Below are positions 50,390-59,339 of a stretch of DNA of 64,000 nucleotides, in pieces. The notes under the pieces are model-generated. The model had not been told where the DNA came from. It searched no databases and saw only the letters and a program-made list of their open reading frames with translations. The stretch's first letter is position 1, and each line of letters begins with the position of its first letter. The DNA is from Naegleria gruberi (Eukaryota), in assembly GCA_000004985.1 (NCBI GenBank), contig GG738868.1; one strand, given 5' to 3'. The position numbers and the translations under genes were made by a program.

Positions 50390-51089
50390 ATGCAATTGTT
50401 TAGAGATTTTAGTTTTTTGAATTCTCCGCATACAAATAATAAGAAATCTACTCAGGTTTCTTGTTACACTAAAGACACTTGTGGTGTTAAGGAGAACTTG
50501 TACTTCTTCAGTCATGATGACGGTAGAGGGCCTATTCGCTATTTTTGATGTGGCTCTTTTTACCTTGAAGGAAATGGATTTCCACTATCGTCCTCTTGCT
50601 ATGGACGACTCTAACCTCGACTCTCTCCAATATTCTCTCACTCAACAACTCGACCAATCTATGAATTTCCTTTCCAATACTACATTCAAAAATACCCAAA
50701 AACTTTCACCAAAATCTGTAATGTTTGTTTATACTATTGGTGATGAATTACCAGATTATGACGATGCTTCATCAGAATCATCATTGGAATCTGACTCAAG
50801 TGATGCTAATATTAGAACTGGATTTACTGGTATTATCGACTTTGAAAAGAACGAAATGACAATTTATCCACCTTCTAATTCTTCATGCATGAATAAGGAT
50901 TCTGTTATTAATCTTATGGACATGGCTGATTGCCTCGGTATTTCAACTTTGTACATGTGTATTGAAAAGAACCATCAAGAAATTAGAGAGTTTTCTCGTG
51001 GTTTCATTTATGCTGGTTTCGAATTGATACAACCAAAGATTAAGCAATTGTCTTCAACTGAATGGGTTGTTTTTGGTGCTGAATTGTAA
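50390..51089 (+). CDS. OAZ: Ornithine decarboxylase antizyme homolog, predicted to require a +1 programmed ribosomal frameshift: ORF1 50390..50548 (52 codons, ends UUU-UGA), ORF2 continues in +1 frame from 50547 to 51089
   Basis: C-terminal half of ORF2 (..MTIYPPSNSSCMNKDSVINLMDMADCLGISTLYMCIEKNHQEIREFSRGFIYAGFELIQPKI..) matches the antizyme ODC-binding domain (..LYVEIPDG..VFICFHKNREDRAALLRTFSFLGFEIVRPGHPL..). Upstream ORF1 starts at ATG 50390 (aaaATGc) and ends ..CGC-UAU-UUU-UGA-UGU; skipping the U of UGA reads GAU-GUG-GCU.. (ORF2). The track ORF 50481..51089 starts at a GTG. Confidence 0.6.
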
Positions 51090-51502
51090 AAAGATTTTTT
51101 CGGAATTGGAAAGATTTTTGTAAATATTTAATTGGTCAGAGAGAAGGAAACGAATTCAATCTACACGATATCTTATAGAACTTGCAAACCAAAACTTTGG
51201 ATGACGGATTGAGCATTGTAAACTTGAATAACGTCGGTTGTTTGGGTTTTGTTCTTTGTTCACATAATCTTGATAGTGGAGTTGTTGGAATGCAATCTTT
51301 CTATTTTAGAGGATGACTGAAGATTGTCTTTGAACCCTTTTCTCATTTTAATAAAGAGAGAGTTCGAATAATACTTTTACTGTTTCTTTAATTTGAGTCT
51401 ATGACAAACAGAGAAGGTAGATCTGAAGATGTTTTCAAGGTTGTAATTTGAAATCAATAATTTTATTCCAAAAAGATTCACATAATGAGAACAGGCGATA
51501 GT

Positions 51503-54500
51503 CTAATCAGAGTCTGTACTTGCATCTCCATAATCATCTTCCTCTTCAACCTTCATAGTTTCTTCTTCCTCAGGATCACTATCACCATTGTCATCAATAT
51601 TGTCTTCCTCCTCTTCTTCATTCTCCTCATCACTGTCAAAATCAACTCTTTTTTTAGCCTTATAATTAATCAGAGAAGGATTCATTGAAGAGGTATATCC
51701 AAAACAGAATACTTGAAAACCACCAACTCCATTCAACAACATTTGAGTTTTTTCACAAATTTCCAATTCACACCATCCTCTTTCAGCTGCCTCCTTCTTT
51801 GTTGGAGTTGGATTTTTCTTTCCTGGATTGGCACTAACTGTGAGTAAGGTTTCCTTTCTCAATTGATTTTCTGGTTCTTCCCAAAAGTCATCTGAGCTAA
51901 TTGGTAAAATACCTTCCATAGAAGGTAAGAAATAAGTATTCACAGCAGAAGTCAAATAGGAAATAGTATGGGTTGGTCTCTTGAGATTATGAATCTTGTT
52001 TTTCAAACTATCATTCACTTGATAGTTCCACATAGCTACTCTTCCAATATGTTTCTTATTGTCAAATATGGATTCCAACTGTTCAACCAAAAATCTTGCA
52101 ATTTGAATGTCAGGATTGTTGAGTTGAATTTCTTTCAATAATTCAATAAATTGTTGAGGATTGTGAATTATTAATTTAAGAGTTGATTCTGAGGATACTT
52201 CATTAGTAATTTCTGTTATTCTACTATTATACTTTTTTCTTGATGGACCTTTGATCGATTTGATATATTCATCCAAAATGTCCAACAAGTGAAATCGTCC
52301 ATTTCCCAATTCTTCAATGATTTGATCAGTCAAATTGTATTTTAACTTGAGTATTTTCAAGCAATTAGCTGCAAACTCCGGTTCCAGTAGAATTTCTTTC
52401 AACTTTGCAAATCTAACCCTAGAAACGTTTGGATTAAATAGCTCAGTATGTAAAACTTTTTCCATAAATTGTAAACTTCTGAGCATTGATGTTTCATGTG
52501 AAACAAACAATTTTTGTTGTCTACTATATTCATAAAATTCTAAAATGTCATCTTGAATAATATGAATGCATTCAAGTTTAAGAAATTGACCAATTGCCAA
52601 AATTGAGGAATGAACAATGCCAGGTCCAAGAGGCATATTAGATTCCAAAACAATAAAATTGTAGTCATCCACTCTATTTCCATTAGATATAATCCATTTC
52701 TTATATCTATTGATATATTTTGATTCTGTTACAATGGTTACACAATTTGGAATTGAATCTGAATGCAGCTTCTTCACGAAATTAGAATAGAGATAAGGTT
52801 TCCAAAATTTTCCTCTTGGTCTTGATTTGATAAATAGAGGTTTCAATCCATCACTAGTGAGCGTTGAAATCTGTTTCAGTTTAGTCAAAAAGCTTTCTTC
52901 ATTATAGGAAATTTCTAGAATTTCATCATCTCTATTAAACTTGACCAATATTTCGTTATCATTCGAATAGTTTCTATCCATTACTTTAACAGGAATTGTG
53001 TATCTATCTCTCTTCTCGAATTTGAATTTCAACAAGGCATCGTTATGTGAGCAAAATGATTTTTGTTTTTCTTGCTTTTTTGCTTTCTTCTTTTCCTTCT
53101 TCTTCTTTTCCTTCTTTTCAGGGACAGGAGGTCTTAAATCAGTTACACTTTCAGATTCTTTATCTGGAAGATCTAATTTACATTCTTCCAATCTTTGTGG
53201 GAATGGATATTTGTCTTCAATGATTACCTCACCAATTGATGATTTCTTATTTTGGTACTTTGTCAATAGTTGTTTAACATTTTTGTGTAAACCAAAACTC
53301 AATTCTTCCCATGATTGGACAGTTTCCTCAAATTGAACACTAAAATCATGTTCAAAATCTTCCACTGCTTGCACAATATCTAGAATTATCTTTTCCTTTG
53401 ATTTGTCCTTTTCCTCAAAATTTGGATTCAAAGAATAGCACAAAGACTGGACCCACTCTAATGGAATGATAGTATCACTTCTCAGGTATGATTCTTGCAA
53501 AATAGATGTTAATTTGGCTTGGAATCTTTTAGTAAGAGTGTTGAAACAACTTAAAAAGCTCTCTAATTTTAAAAAAAACCCACTGTTAAAATACCCAAAG
53601 CATTGCTTCCACCTCTTGATTCTCTGTGGTACTTTCAATTGGTTTAGTTTCTTTTGTTTTGTTTTTTTCAATTCAGGTACAATTTCTTTCCTTTGAAAAC
53701 CTAATACAATAGGATTGGTGTAATAGGATGAAAACTTCTTTACGAAAGAATCTATTGTCTTTTCTTTTAAGGCATCCACATCAGGTATATTTTCTTTCAA
53801 TCCATCAATAACACTTTGCAATTTCTTCTGAATTTTCTGGATACATGACTTCAATTCTTTCACGAACTTTAATGGAAACTTTTGTACTTTCTTAATAGTT
53901 GTATTAGACAGTACAACAATAGCCATGTCTCTTAATTGACTAATATTGTTTGATATAATCTTTTTTCTATTGTTTTCAATAATTGATTGTAAATTGGAAA
54001 CAAAGTGATCTCTCATTTCAACGTTGTTAGGTGGTGGAAAACAAACTAAATCAAAATTATCATATAATCCCTTTACAAAATCATACTTGTTTTCCATATC
54101 AATTTCATTGGTATTGATATTATTGGCTTCTAATTCCAAGTCGAAAGGGACATCATCTAGCTCACAATCGAAATGAAAAGCAAGTTGCTTTCCATATGAT
54201 TCTTTCATGGGTTTGAAAACGTTTTTTGTCATAACCTCATTCTTGTAGCTCTCCTCATTCATTACCTTATTATTAGCTAAGATTGCAATGTAAGGTTGAT
54301 GGGTTTGTTGTGGTTGATGGATACCATAATCCCACACCTTTTGTACAATACCATCATCAAGAATGATCCTTTCATTTTCAATACCACACAATAACAAGCA
54401 GGTGTCATATAAACTTTCTCTTATCAAATGCTTGTAGGATACATTTTCATGGACATTTACTGGATCAGTAGTTTGCTTTTCATCATATCCAGGCATATCT

Positions 54501-55243
54501 CTGAGAATTATTTTGCTCCTTTGAAGGAACTTGGAAGGGATTTTCAAGATTAACTTCTTAATATGGACTTTCTTAAAGTTGGTGTCAGCATCAAACTCTA
54601 AAATCTTGTTACGTGCTTTAGTGGCCAGAAATTCATAAAGTTCCTCTTCAGAATTTCCATTGTCAATAATATAATTTGATTGATTGTCAATTTCACAATC
54701 TTTCAAAGTATCAGTAGCAAGTTGTTCAACTTTCCTTGCACACAACTCTTGTTGTGAACAATACTGAACAGTCAAACTGTAAGTTGGTGAATACTCAACA
54801 TCAACAACTGTACGTGTCAAACCCTTTCCAAACTGAACAGCAGAAGGAAGAGGAGCATTAGTCATTTTGAAATCAGACAACAATTGATCAATGATGAAGG
54901 ATTTACCATATCCTGGCTTACAAAACAGGGTAACCACAACTTTGCCCCGAAAATCCTTGATGATTCCCTCCATAGACTCTAAATGTTCAGAACACATTGT
55001 CCTAATGGATCCCTTCTTATTGGAACCGTTTAAATGTTCCTTGTAGAATGTTTTAACCTTATCAAAATCCTCAGTTTCTGTCTTCATTTGTTTATCCTCC
55101 TGCTGTTCATTGCCATTCTCTGGTGATGGGTCCATTTTGATTTTCTTGGGTGCTTGTTCTGTAGATGATGAAGCAGTTGCAGCAGCAGCAGCAGTAGCAG
55201 TAGTAGCACTCGGAGAGTGAGTAATCTTTCTCTTTCGAAGCAT
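51503..55243 (-). CDS. Large (1246 aa) P-loop NTPase-domain protein, possibly dynamin/IRG-like GTPase; acidic C-terminus, Lys-rich internal stretch
   Basis: ATG at 55243. P-loop VVVTLFCKPGYGKSFIIDQLL; about 130 aa downstream KIILRDMPGYDEKQ (DxPG, resembling the dynamin-superfamily G3 DLPG). K-rich [20 protein letters not shown]-terminal EEEEEDNIDDNGDSDPEEEE. Shares the P-loop...DMPG arrangement with the adjacent 55848..57146 gene. Confidence 0.5.
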   Translation of the reverse strand: MLRKRKITHSPSATTATAAAAATASSSTEQAPKKIKMDPSPENGNEQQEDKQMKTETEDFDKVKTFYKEHLNGSNKKGSIRTMCSEHLESMEGIIKDFRGKVVVTLFCKPGYGKSFIIDQLLSDFKMTNAPLPSAVQFGKGLTRTVVDVEYSPTYSLTVQYCSQQELCARKVEQLATDTLKDCEIDNQSNYIIDNGNSEEELYEFLATKARNKILEFDADTNFKKVHIKKLILKIPSKFLQRSKIILRDMPGYDEKQTTDPVNVHENVSYKHLIRESLYDTCLLLCGIENERIILDDGIVQKVWDYGIHQPQQTHQPYIAILANNKVMNEESYKNEVMTKNVFKPMKESYGKQLAFHFDCELDDVPFDLELEANNINTNEIDMENKYDFVKGLYDNFDLVCFPPPNNVEMRDHFVSNLQSIIENNRKKIISNNISQLRDMAIVVLSNTTIKKVQKFPLKFVKELKSCIQKIQKKLQSVIDGLKENIPDVDALKEKTIDSFVKKFSSYYTNPIVLGFQRKEIVPELKKTKQKKLNQLKVPQRIKRWKQCFGYFNSGFFLKLESFLSCFNTLTKRFQAKLTSILQESYLRSDTIIPLEWVQSLCYSLNPNFEEKDKSKEKIILDIVQAVEDFEHDFSVQFEETVQSWEELSFGLHKNVKQLLTKYQNKKSSIGEVIIEDKYPFPQRLEECKLDLPDKESESVTDLRPPVPEKKEKKKKEKKKAKKQEKQKSFCSHNDALLKFKFEKRDRYTIPVKVMDRNYSNDNEILVKFNRDDEILEISYNEESFLTKLKQISTLTSDGLKPLFIKSRPRGKFWKPYLYSNFVKKLHSDSIPNCVTIVTESKYINRYKKWIISNGNRVDDYNFIVLESNMPLGPGIVHSSILAIGQFLKLECIHIIQDDILEFYEYSRQQKLFVSHETSMLRSLQFMEKVLHTELFNPNVSRVRFAKLKEILLEPEFAANCLKILKLKYNLTDQIIEELGNGRFHLLDILDEYIKSIKGPSRKKYNSRITEITNEVSSESTLKLIIHNPQQFIELLKEIQLNNPDIQIARFLVEQLESIFDNKKHIGRVAMWNYQVNDSLKNKIHNLKRPTHTISYLTSAVNTYFLPSMEGILPISSDDFWEEPENQLRKETLLTVSANPGKKNPTPTKKEAAERGWCELEICEKTQMLLNGVGGFQVFCFGYTSSMNPSLINYKAKKRVDFDSDEENEEEEEDNIDDNGDSDPEEEETMKVEEEDDYGDASTDSD

Positions 55244-55847
55244 TTTTTTTGTGGTTATTTTAAACTATGACGAAGAGTCCCAGCAAGAAATAGAAATTCG
55301 GAAATTAGAAATTTTGTCCGGAAAACAAATACAGAACAAACCTTTTTGTTTGCATGCAAATAGTGATTGAAACATTACAATTAAAGTTGAAGTTCCGACT
55401 GTAAATTGTTCTGAGAACAAGAATTCTAGTATGTAATTTAAATATTCATGAAAAAGCAATTCGTTGAAATTTGTAAAAGCTGGTTAATTTTGCACAAAAC
55501 ATTATTAAAATTGGAATAATATTATTCGTCAGCACACAACTTGATTAGTTTTGTATCTGTGATACGCTAGTAAATGTCATCGCGAACACAAGCTATAATT
55601 TTTACTAGTTCTGATTTTTTGAAAGGTATTTTGTTTATTTACAATTTCTCAGTTAGTTACCATGACGATTTACAATTTCTGATTTCAGTTACCATTTATT
55701 CTTTTACAAAGTTGATTCAAAAAGCTTGTCTTGCAACTTTTTTTCCAGATATTCAAGTTCTTATAAATCTCAGCAAGAGGTGCTGCTGCTTCTAAATCAA
55801 AAAAAGTAGAGTTGGAATAAAGAGTTGTTTATTTTGGAATTGTTCAA

Positions 55848-57146
55848 TTAATCATGAGACTTTTCATAATTATTATTTTTCTTAATAATTTGAATGGTAC
55901 TAGTTTGGGCCGAGGAAATTTTAGCATGTGCTACCTCAACCAACTTCAAAAGTAATTTCAAATGCATGTATTCGAAAATCTTGACAATTTCCTCATTTTT
56001 ACATTGGAATTTGGAAATGAATGGAATTGGATAGTCAGCAGAAACGATATTCTCAAAGTTTCCATCGCCCGTCTCTAAAATATCCCATTCATAGAACAAT
56101 TTCAATACATTGGCTTTGGTGATTTCAATTGGAACTTCATCTTGAGTTCTCATATCAAGTATTGGAACACTCTTCTCAATGTAATCTCTGAAAATGGAAT
56201 GGCCATCAATTTTAGAGTAGCAATAAATGCACGAGGTGGAGAATTCAGAGGAAATATAGGATGGAATCGATGTATAATAGTCAAGCATGGTTTCCTTAGT
56301 TTTAGATTCTGTTGAGAACATGGTTGGATTGTTAATAGGAATTGGAACAAACACAGCATGAGGAGCATCAAATTCTTGTGCAACTTGTTCAAAAACTGTC
56401 TTGAATAAATATTCAGAAAATTCAAACTTCTCAATGAGTTGCTTTTCGTTATCGAATTTGAAAAATCCTGGCATATCTTGAAGATAGATCTTTTCAAATT
56501 TTTCGACATCATCAATTGGGATCTTGGATACATCCTTAGTGAATGAATTGAGATAGTCTTTGGACGGATTTTTAGCATCAGAGAGGATCTTGTAGGCCAT
56601 TTCCATGAAACTTGCACTACCTTCCTTAAATGGAACTCGTTTTGATTTGAGTGTTTTAAGAATTCTATTCAAGATGGTTGATTTTCCACCAGATGCAATG
56701 GAGACACCAGCCAAAGTGATTTGATTATCACCAATCATCTCCAATTGAGTAATAATCTGTTCCTTCAGCATTTCACAATTAAAATCAATGTGTAACAGTT
56801 CTGTTGTTTCCTTTTTGAGAGATTGTACCATTACATTTTCAACTGAGTGAACTACTATTCCATCCAAAGTTTCAATTCTTGCATTGAACAGAATATTTTC
56901 TGGAACAATAATAGAACATCTAGCTTCCTTGGTTTCTTGATCATAACCATCTCCTGCCACAAAGAGCTTTTTTACAATTTTCTTATCGAGATAGCTTACA
57001 ACTACTTTGAAAGCTGTGTGGGCAGTTTCATTCACGATAGTGTTAAACTTGAATTGAAATATAACCTTGGCTAATCTGGTAATATGATGTGAAGGGTTGA
57101 ATCTTGGTGGTGTAACTTTGGTTTCGGCTGAGTATTGGTTTCCCAT
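55848..57146 (-). CDS. N-myristoylated P-loop NTPase, possibly IRG/dynamin-like GTPase (432 aa); paralogous to the N-terminal domain of the 51503..55243 protein
   Basis: MGNQYSAE.. (G2/S6 myristoylation consensus). P-loop ITLAGVSIASGGKSTILNRIL; ~80 aa later KIYLQDMPGFFKFDNEKQ. The promoter contains two AAACGTG motifs (57191-57195, 57228-57232). Confidence 0.5.
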   Translation of the reverse strand: MGNQYSAETKVTPPRFNPSHHITRLAKVIFQFKFNTIVNETAHTAFKVVVSYLDKKIVKKLFVAGDGYDQETKEARCSIIVPENILFNARIETLDGIVVHSVENVMVQSLKKETTELLHIDFNCEMLKEQIITQLEMIGDNQITLAGVSIASGGKSTILNRILKTLKSKRVPFKEGSASFMEMAYKILSDAKNPSKDYLNSFTKDVSKIPIDDVEKFEKIYLQDMPGFFKFDNEKQLIEKFEFSEYLFKTVFEQVAQEFDAPHAVFVPIPINNPTMFSTESKTKETMLDYYTSIPSYISSEFSTSCIYCYSKIDGHSIFRDYIEKSVPILDMRTQDEVPIEITKANVLKLFYEWDILETGDGNFENIVSADYPIPFISKFQCKNEEIVKIFEYMHLKLLLKLVEVAHAKISSAQTSTIQIIKKNNNYEKSHD

Positions 57147-57368
57147 CTTGTATTTTTTTAATGTTTTGAGTTTTGTTTTTGAATGTCAAAACGTGTTGCT
57201 ATTTAAATGAAAATCATGATATTCGAAACGTGAAGTGCTTCTGATTGGATGGTGGTTGTAAACTTCAATACGAAATGGATTCCTTCTTATTCAATGCAAA
57301 TTTAAAAATACTTTCACGTTTGATTAAATTTGAAAATATATTAAGGGAAAAACTGTAGATATATCAGC

Positions 57369-57500
57369 TTACTAAGCAGAACAAGCTTGGCATTAATGTT
57401 AGTTGGAAAAACTTTTGTCAATTTGCTCAAAATTGATAAATAAGAGGAAAGGAAAATACACAAAGCACTCGAATAAATCATGATTGCTCCTACCATAATT
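57369..57500. repeat. ~130-nt duplicated fragment of the GPAA1 coding sequence (copy of 42085..42216) in intergenic DNA; about 95% identical
   Basis: 57379-57497 agcagaacaagcttggcattaatgttagttggaaaaacttttgtcaatttgctcaaaattgataaataagaggaaaggaaaatacacaaagcactcgaataaatcatgattgctcctaccataatt versus 42091-42218 agctgaacaagcttggcaataatgttagttggaaaaactgttgtcaaaatgcacaaaattgataaataagaggaaaggaaaatacacaaggcactcgaataaatcatgattgctcctaccataatt. Same orientation; about 6 substitutions. Confidence 0.8.
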
Positions 57501-57526
57501 TTATTGATATTAAATAGTTAATTTTT

Positions 57527-58261
57527 TTATTGAGATGATTGCCTTAATATTTCATTTGCCTTATTTGAAATTTCATAATCTCCAAATCCTTTAATTGCTA
57601 TATATGGAAAATCAGAAGAAATACCATATTTAACTAGCAATATATCAGCTCCATTTGCATGTTCGCTATTTAGTTTTTTCGCACTTCTTGTTGGTTCAAA
57701 AGCAATTTGTCTCATTTTGACCTTTTTTTTAAGTTCACTTATCTTGAAAATCGTTTGAATTTTCTCATCCAATTTGGAATGATTGCAATTATATCCCAAA
57801 TAATACAAATTCTTAATTACTATTGATTCAGTTTCCCTCATAGCTTCGTTTACAGGTGTTTCTTGCGTTTTCTCTACATTCTTCTGATTTTCTTCATCAT
57901 CAGTTTCCTTTCCATGTGTTTCACCATTTTTCTTGACATTCTTCAATTTAGATTCGTCCACATATTCCTGAATTGGTACAATAGCAGCAGAACTTGTCGA
58001 ATGATCAACGCTCATCGTATTATAGTTGGTATTTTGATTTTCCTTATTGAATTCTTTTGATTCTTCATCCACTTGACTAGGATTTCTACACAATTTACCA
58101 ACTACAAGTGCAGGTTGATTGAAAACCAACAATGCCATCAACATCATTTGTAAATAAACAATATATGGAAGTAAGCCAACCAATAAGAAACCCAAAAAGA
58201 AGGCAACAAGTACATTTCGTTGATCCAAACATGTCTGAAAAAGATAGAGTGGTAGAAACAT
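57527..58261 (-). CDS. Membrane-anchored protein with conserved C-terminal domain (paralog A of an inverted pair); function unknown
   Basis: ATG at 58261. N-terminal TM helices (VLVAFFLGFLLVGLLPYIVYL..). C-terminal ~100 aa (..IVIKNLYYLGYNCNHSKLDEKIQTIFKISELKKKVKMRQIAFEPTRSAKKLNSEHANGADILLVKYG..PYIAIKGFGDYEISNKANEILRQS) about 75% identical to the 58650..59339 product. Confidence 0.5.
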   Translation of the reverse strand: MFLPLYLFQTCLDQRNVLVAFFLGFLLVGLLPYIVYLQMMLMALLVFNQPALVVGKLCRNPSQVDEESKEFNKENQNTNYNTMSVDHSTSSAAIVPIQEYVDESKLKNVKKNGETHGKETDDEENQKNVEKTQETPVNEAMRETESIVIKNLYYLGYNCNHSKLDEKIQTIFKISELKKKVKMRQIAFEPTRSAKKLNSEHANGADILLVKYGISSDFPYIAIKGFGDYEISNKANEILRQSSQ

Positions 58262-58522
58262 GATCTATTGTAAGTTAAAGAGAAATAATGAACTGGCCTT
58301 CTCATTGAGAAGAATTTGCTTGAATAATTTCCATTTTCCAGTTTCTGATGTTTCGTCGGCCATAGAATCGGCCCTTTTCACAAAACACAACATGATTGGG
58401 AAGAGATTGGCCAATAAACAAAGTAGGAAATGTGAGAAACCATATTGTTGAGTGGTTCTGAAGGAAAGTGTCTCAAGTTTCGTATAGGTCATCATACGAG
58501 AATATAACTTTAATTTTTTTCA

Positions 58523-58640
58523 ATACCTCTCTTCCAAACGTGATTCAAATATTTTGATTTATTTTCATACCTTTCTTCCAAACGTGATTTTGAAAAACGT
58601 GTAAGTTTACAATCCACCAGTATTCGAAACGTGATTCACT
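58523..58640. promoter_or_regulatory. Shared bidirectional promoter region of the inverted paralog pair containing four AAACGTG(A/T) motifs and a 23-nt direct repeat
   Basis: ACGTG cores at 58538-42, 58582-86, 58597-601 and 58629-33. Direct repeat atacctctcttccaaacgtgatt / atacctttcttccaaacgtgatt (58523-45 and 58568-90). attcgaaacgtga also occurs at 57221-57233 upstream of the 55848..57146 gene. Confidence 0.3.
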
Positions 58641-58649
58641 TTAAAAAAA

Positions 58650-59339
58650 ATGCTCAAATTTATTAGTGGAGTTGTTTGTGGAAGTGGAATTACAACACTA
58701 GCCCAGTTCTATGTATCGTCAACCAAATTAGAGAGTCCACCAGGCAGTGAAATTTCACAAGTTGAACCTTTACATGTTGTGATGAATGATTCAACTCCAT
58801 CACCCAGTCATTCATTGGCAATTCCAAGTACGGATTCATCTCTAAATGTTATAGGATTGACTTTGGGAGGAAATTTTGTTTTGATTTGGGTGGTGTTGTG
58901 GGAAGTGGGTAAAATCTTATTTGGTAAGAAGAACGAGAAAAGGGAAATGAGAAAGGAAGAAGCTCAACAAGACGAAACAACAAAACTGAATAATTCTGAA
59001 GGAAAAATTGAAACTGAATCAAGTATCATTAAGAATTTGTATTATTTGGGATATAATTGCAATCATTCCAAATTGGATGAGAAAATTCAACAGATTCTCA
59101 ATACTAATCAACTTGAAAAAAAGGTCAAAATGAGACAAATTGCTTTTGAATCAACGAGAAGTTTGAAAAAGCCAACAAGTGAACATGCGAATGGAGCTGA
59201 TATATTGCTAATTCCTTCTGGAGATTGTCTTTTTATGGATATTCCATATATAGCAATGAAAGGATTTGGAGAATATGAAATTTCAAATAAGGCTATTGAA
59301 TTATTGAAACAATCTGTACAAATAAATTCAAATTATTGA
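58650..59339 (+). CDS. Membrane-anchored protein with conserved C-terminal domain (paralog B, divergently transcribed from paralog A)
   Basis: ATG at 58650. N-terminal hydrophobic segments. C-terminal ..IIKNLYYLGYNCNHSKLDEKIQQILNTNQLEKKVKMRQIAFESTRSLKKPTSEHANGADILLIPSG..PYIAMKGFGEYEISNKAIELLKQS. Confidence 0.5.
   Translation: MLKFISGVVCGSGITTLAQFYVSSTKLESPPGSEISQVEPLHVVMNDSTPSPSHSLAIPSTDSSLNVIGLTLGGNFVLIWVVLWEVGKILFGKKNEKREMRKEEAQQDETTKLNNSEGKIETESSIIKNLYYLGYNCNHSKLDEKIQQILNTNQLEKKVKMRQIAFESTRSLKKPTSEHANGADILLIPSGDCLFMDIPYIAMKGFGEYEISNKAIELLKQSVQINSNY

Noticed and set aside
50514-50519. In-frame ATG-ATG (MMTVEGLF) in the antizyme ORF2 frame, 11 codons upstream of the shift site, as a frameshift-independent start
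   Set aside because: Not fully excluded. The long open upstream ORF1 ending exactly at UGA with the +1 continuation matches the universal antizyme mechanism, so I favour frameshifting; experimental data would decide.
58265-58495. 76-codon ATG-initiated ORF with a hydrophobic stretch in the bidirectional promoter region, ending 4 nt before the ATG of gene 57527..58261
   Set aside because: Its stop is in frame and one codon upstream of the paralog-A start, so it cannot be an N-terminal extension without an unsupported intron. More likely a chance ORF or uORF in the promoter/5' leader.
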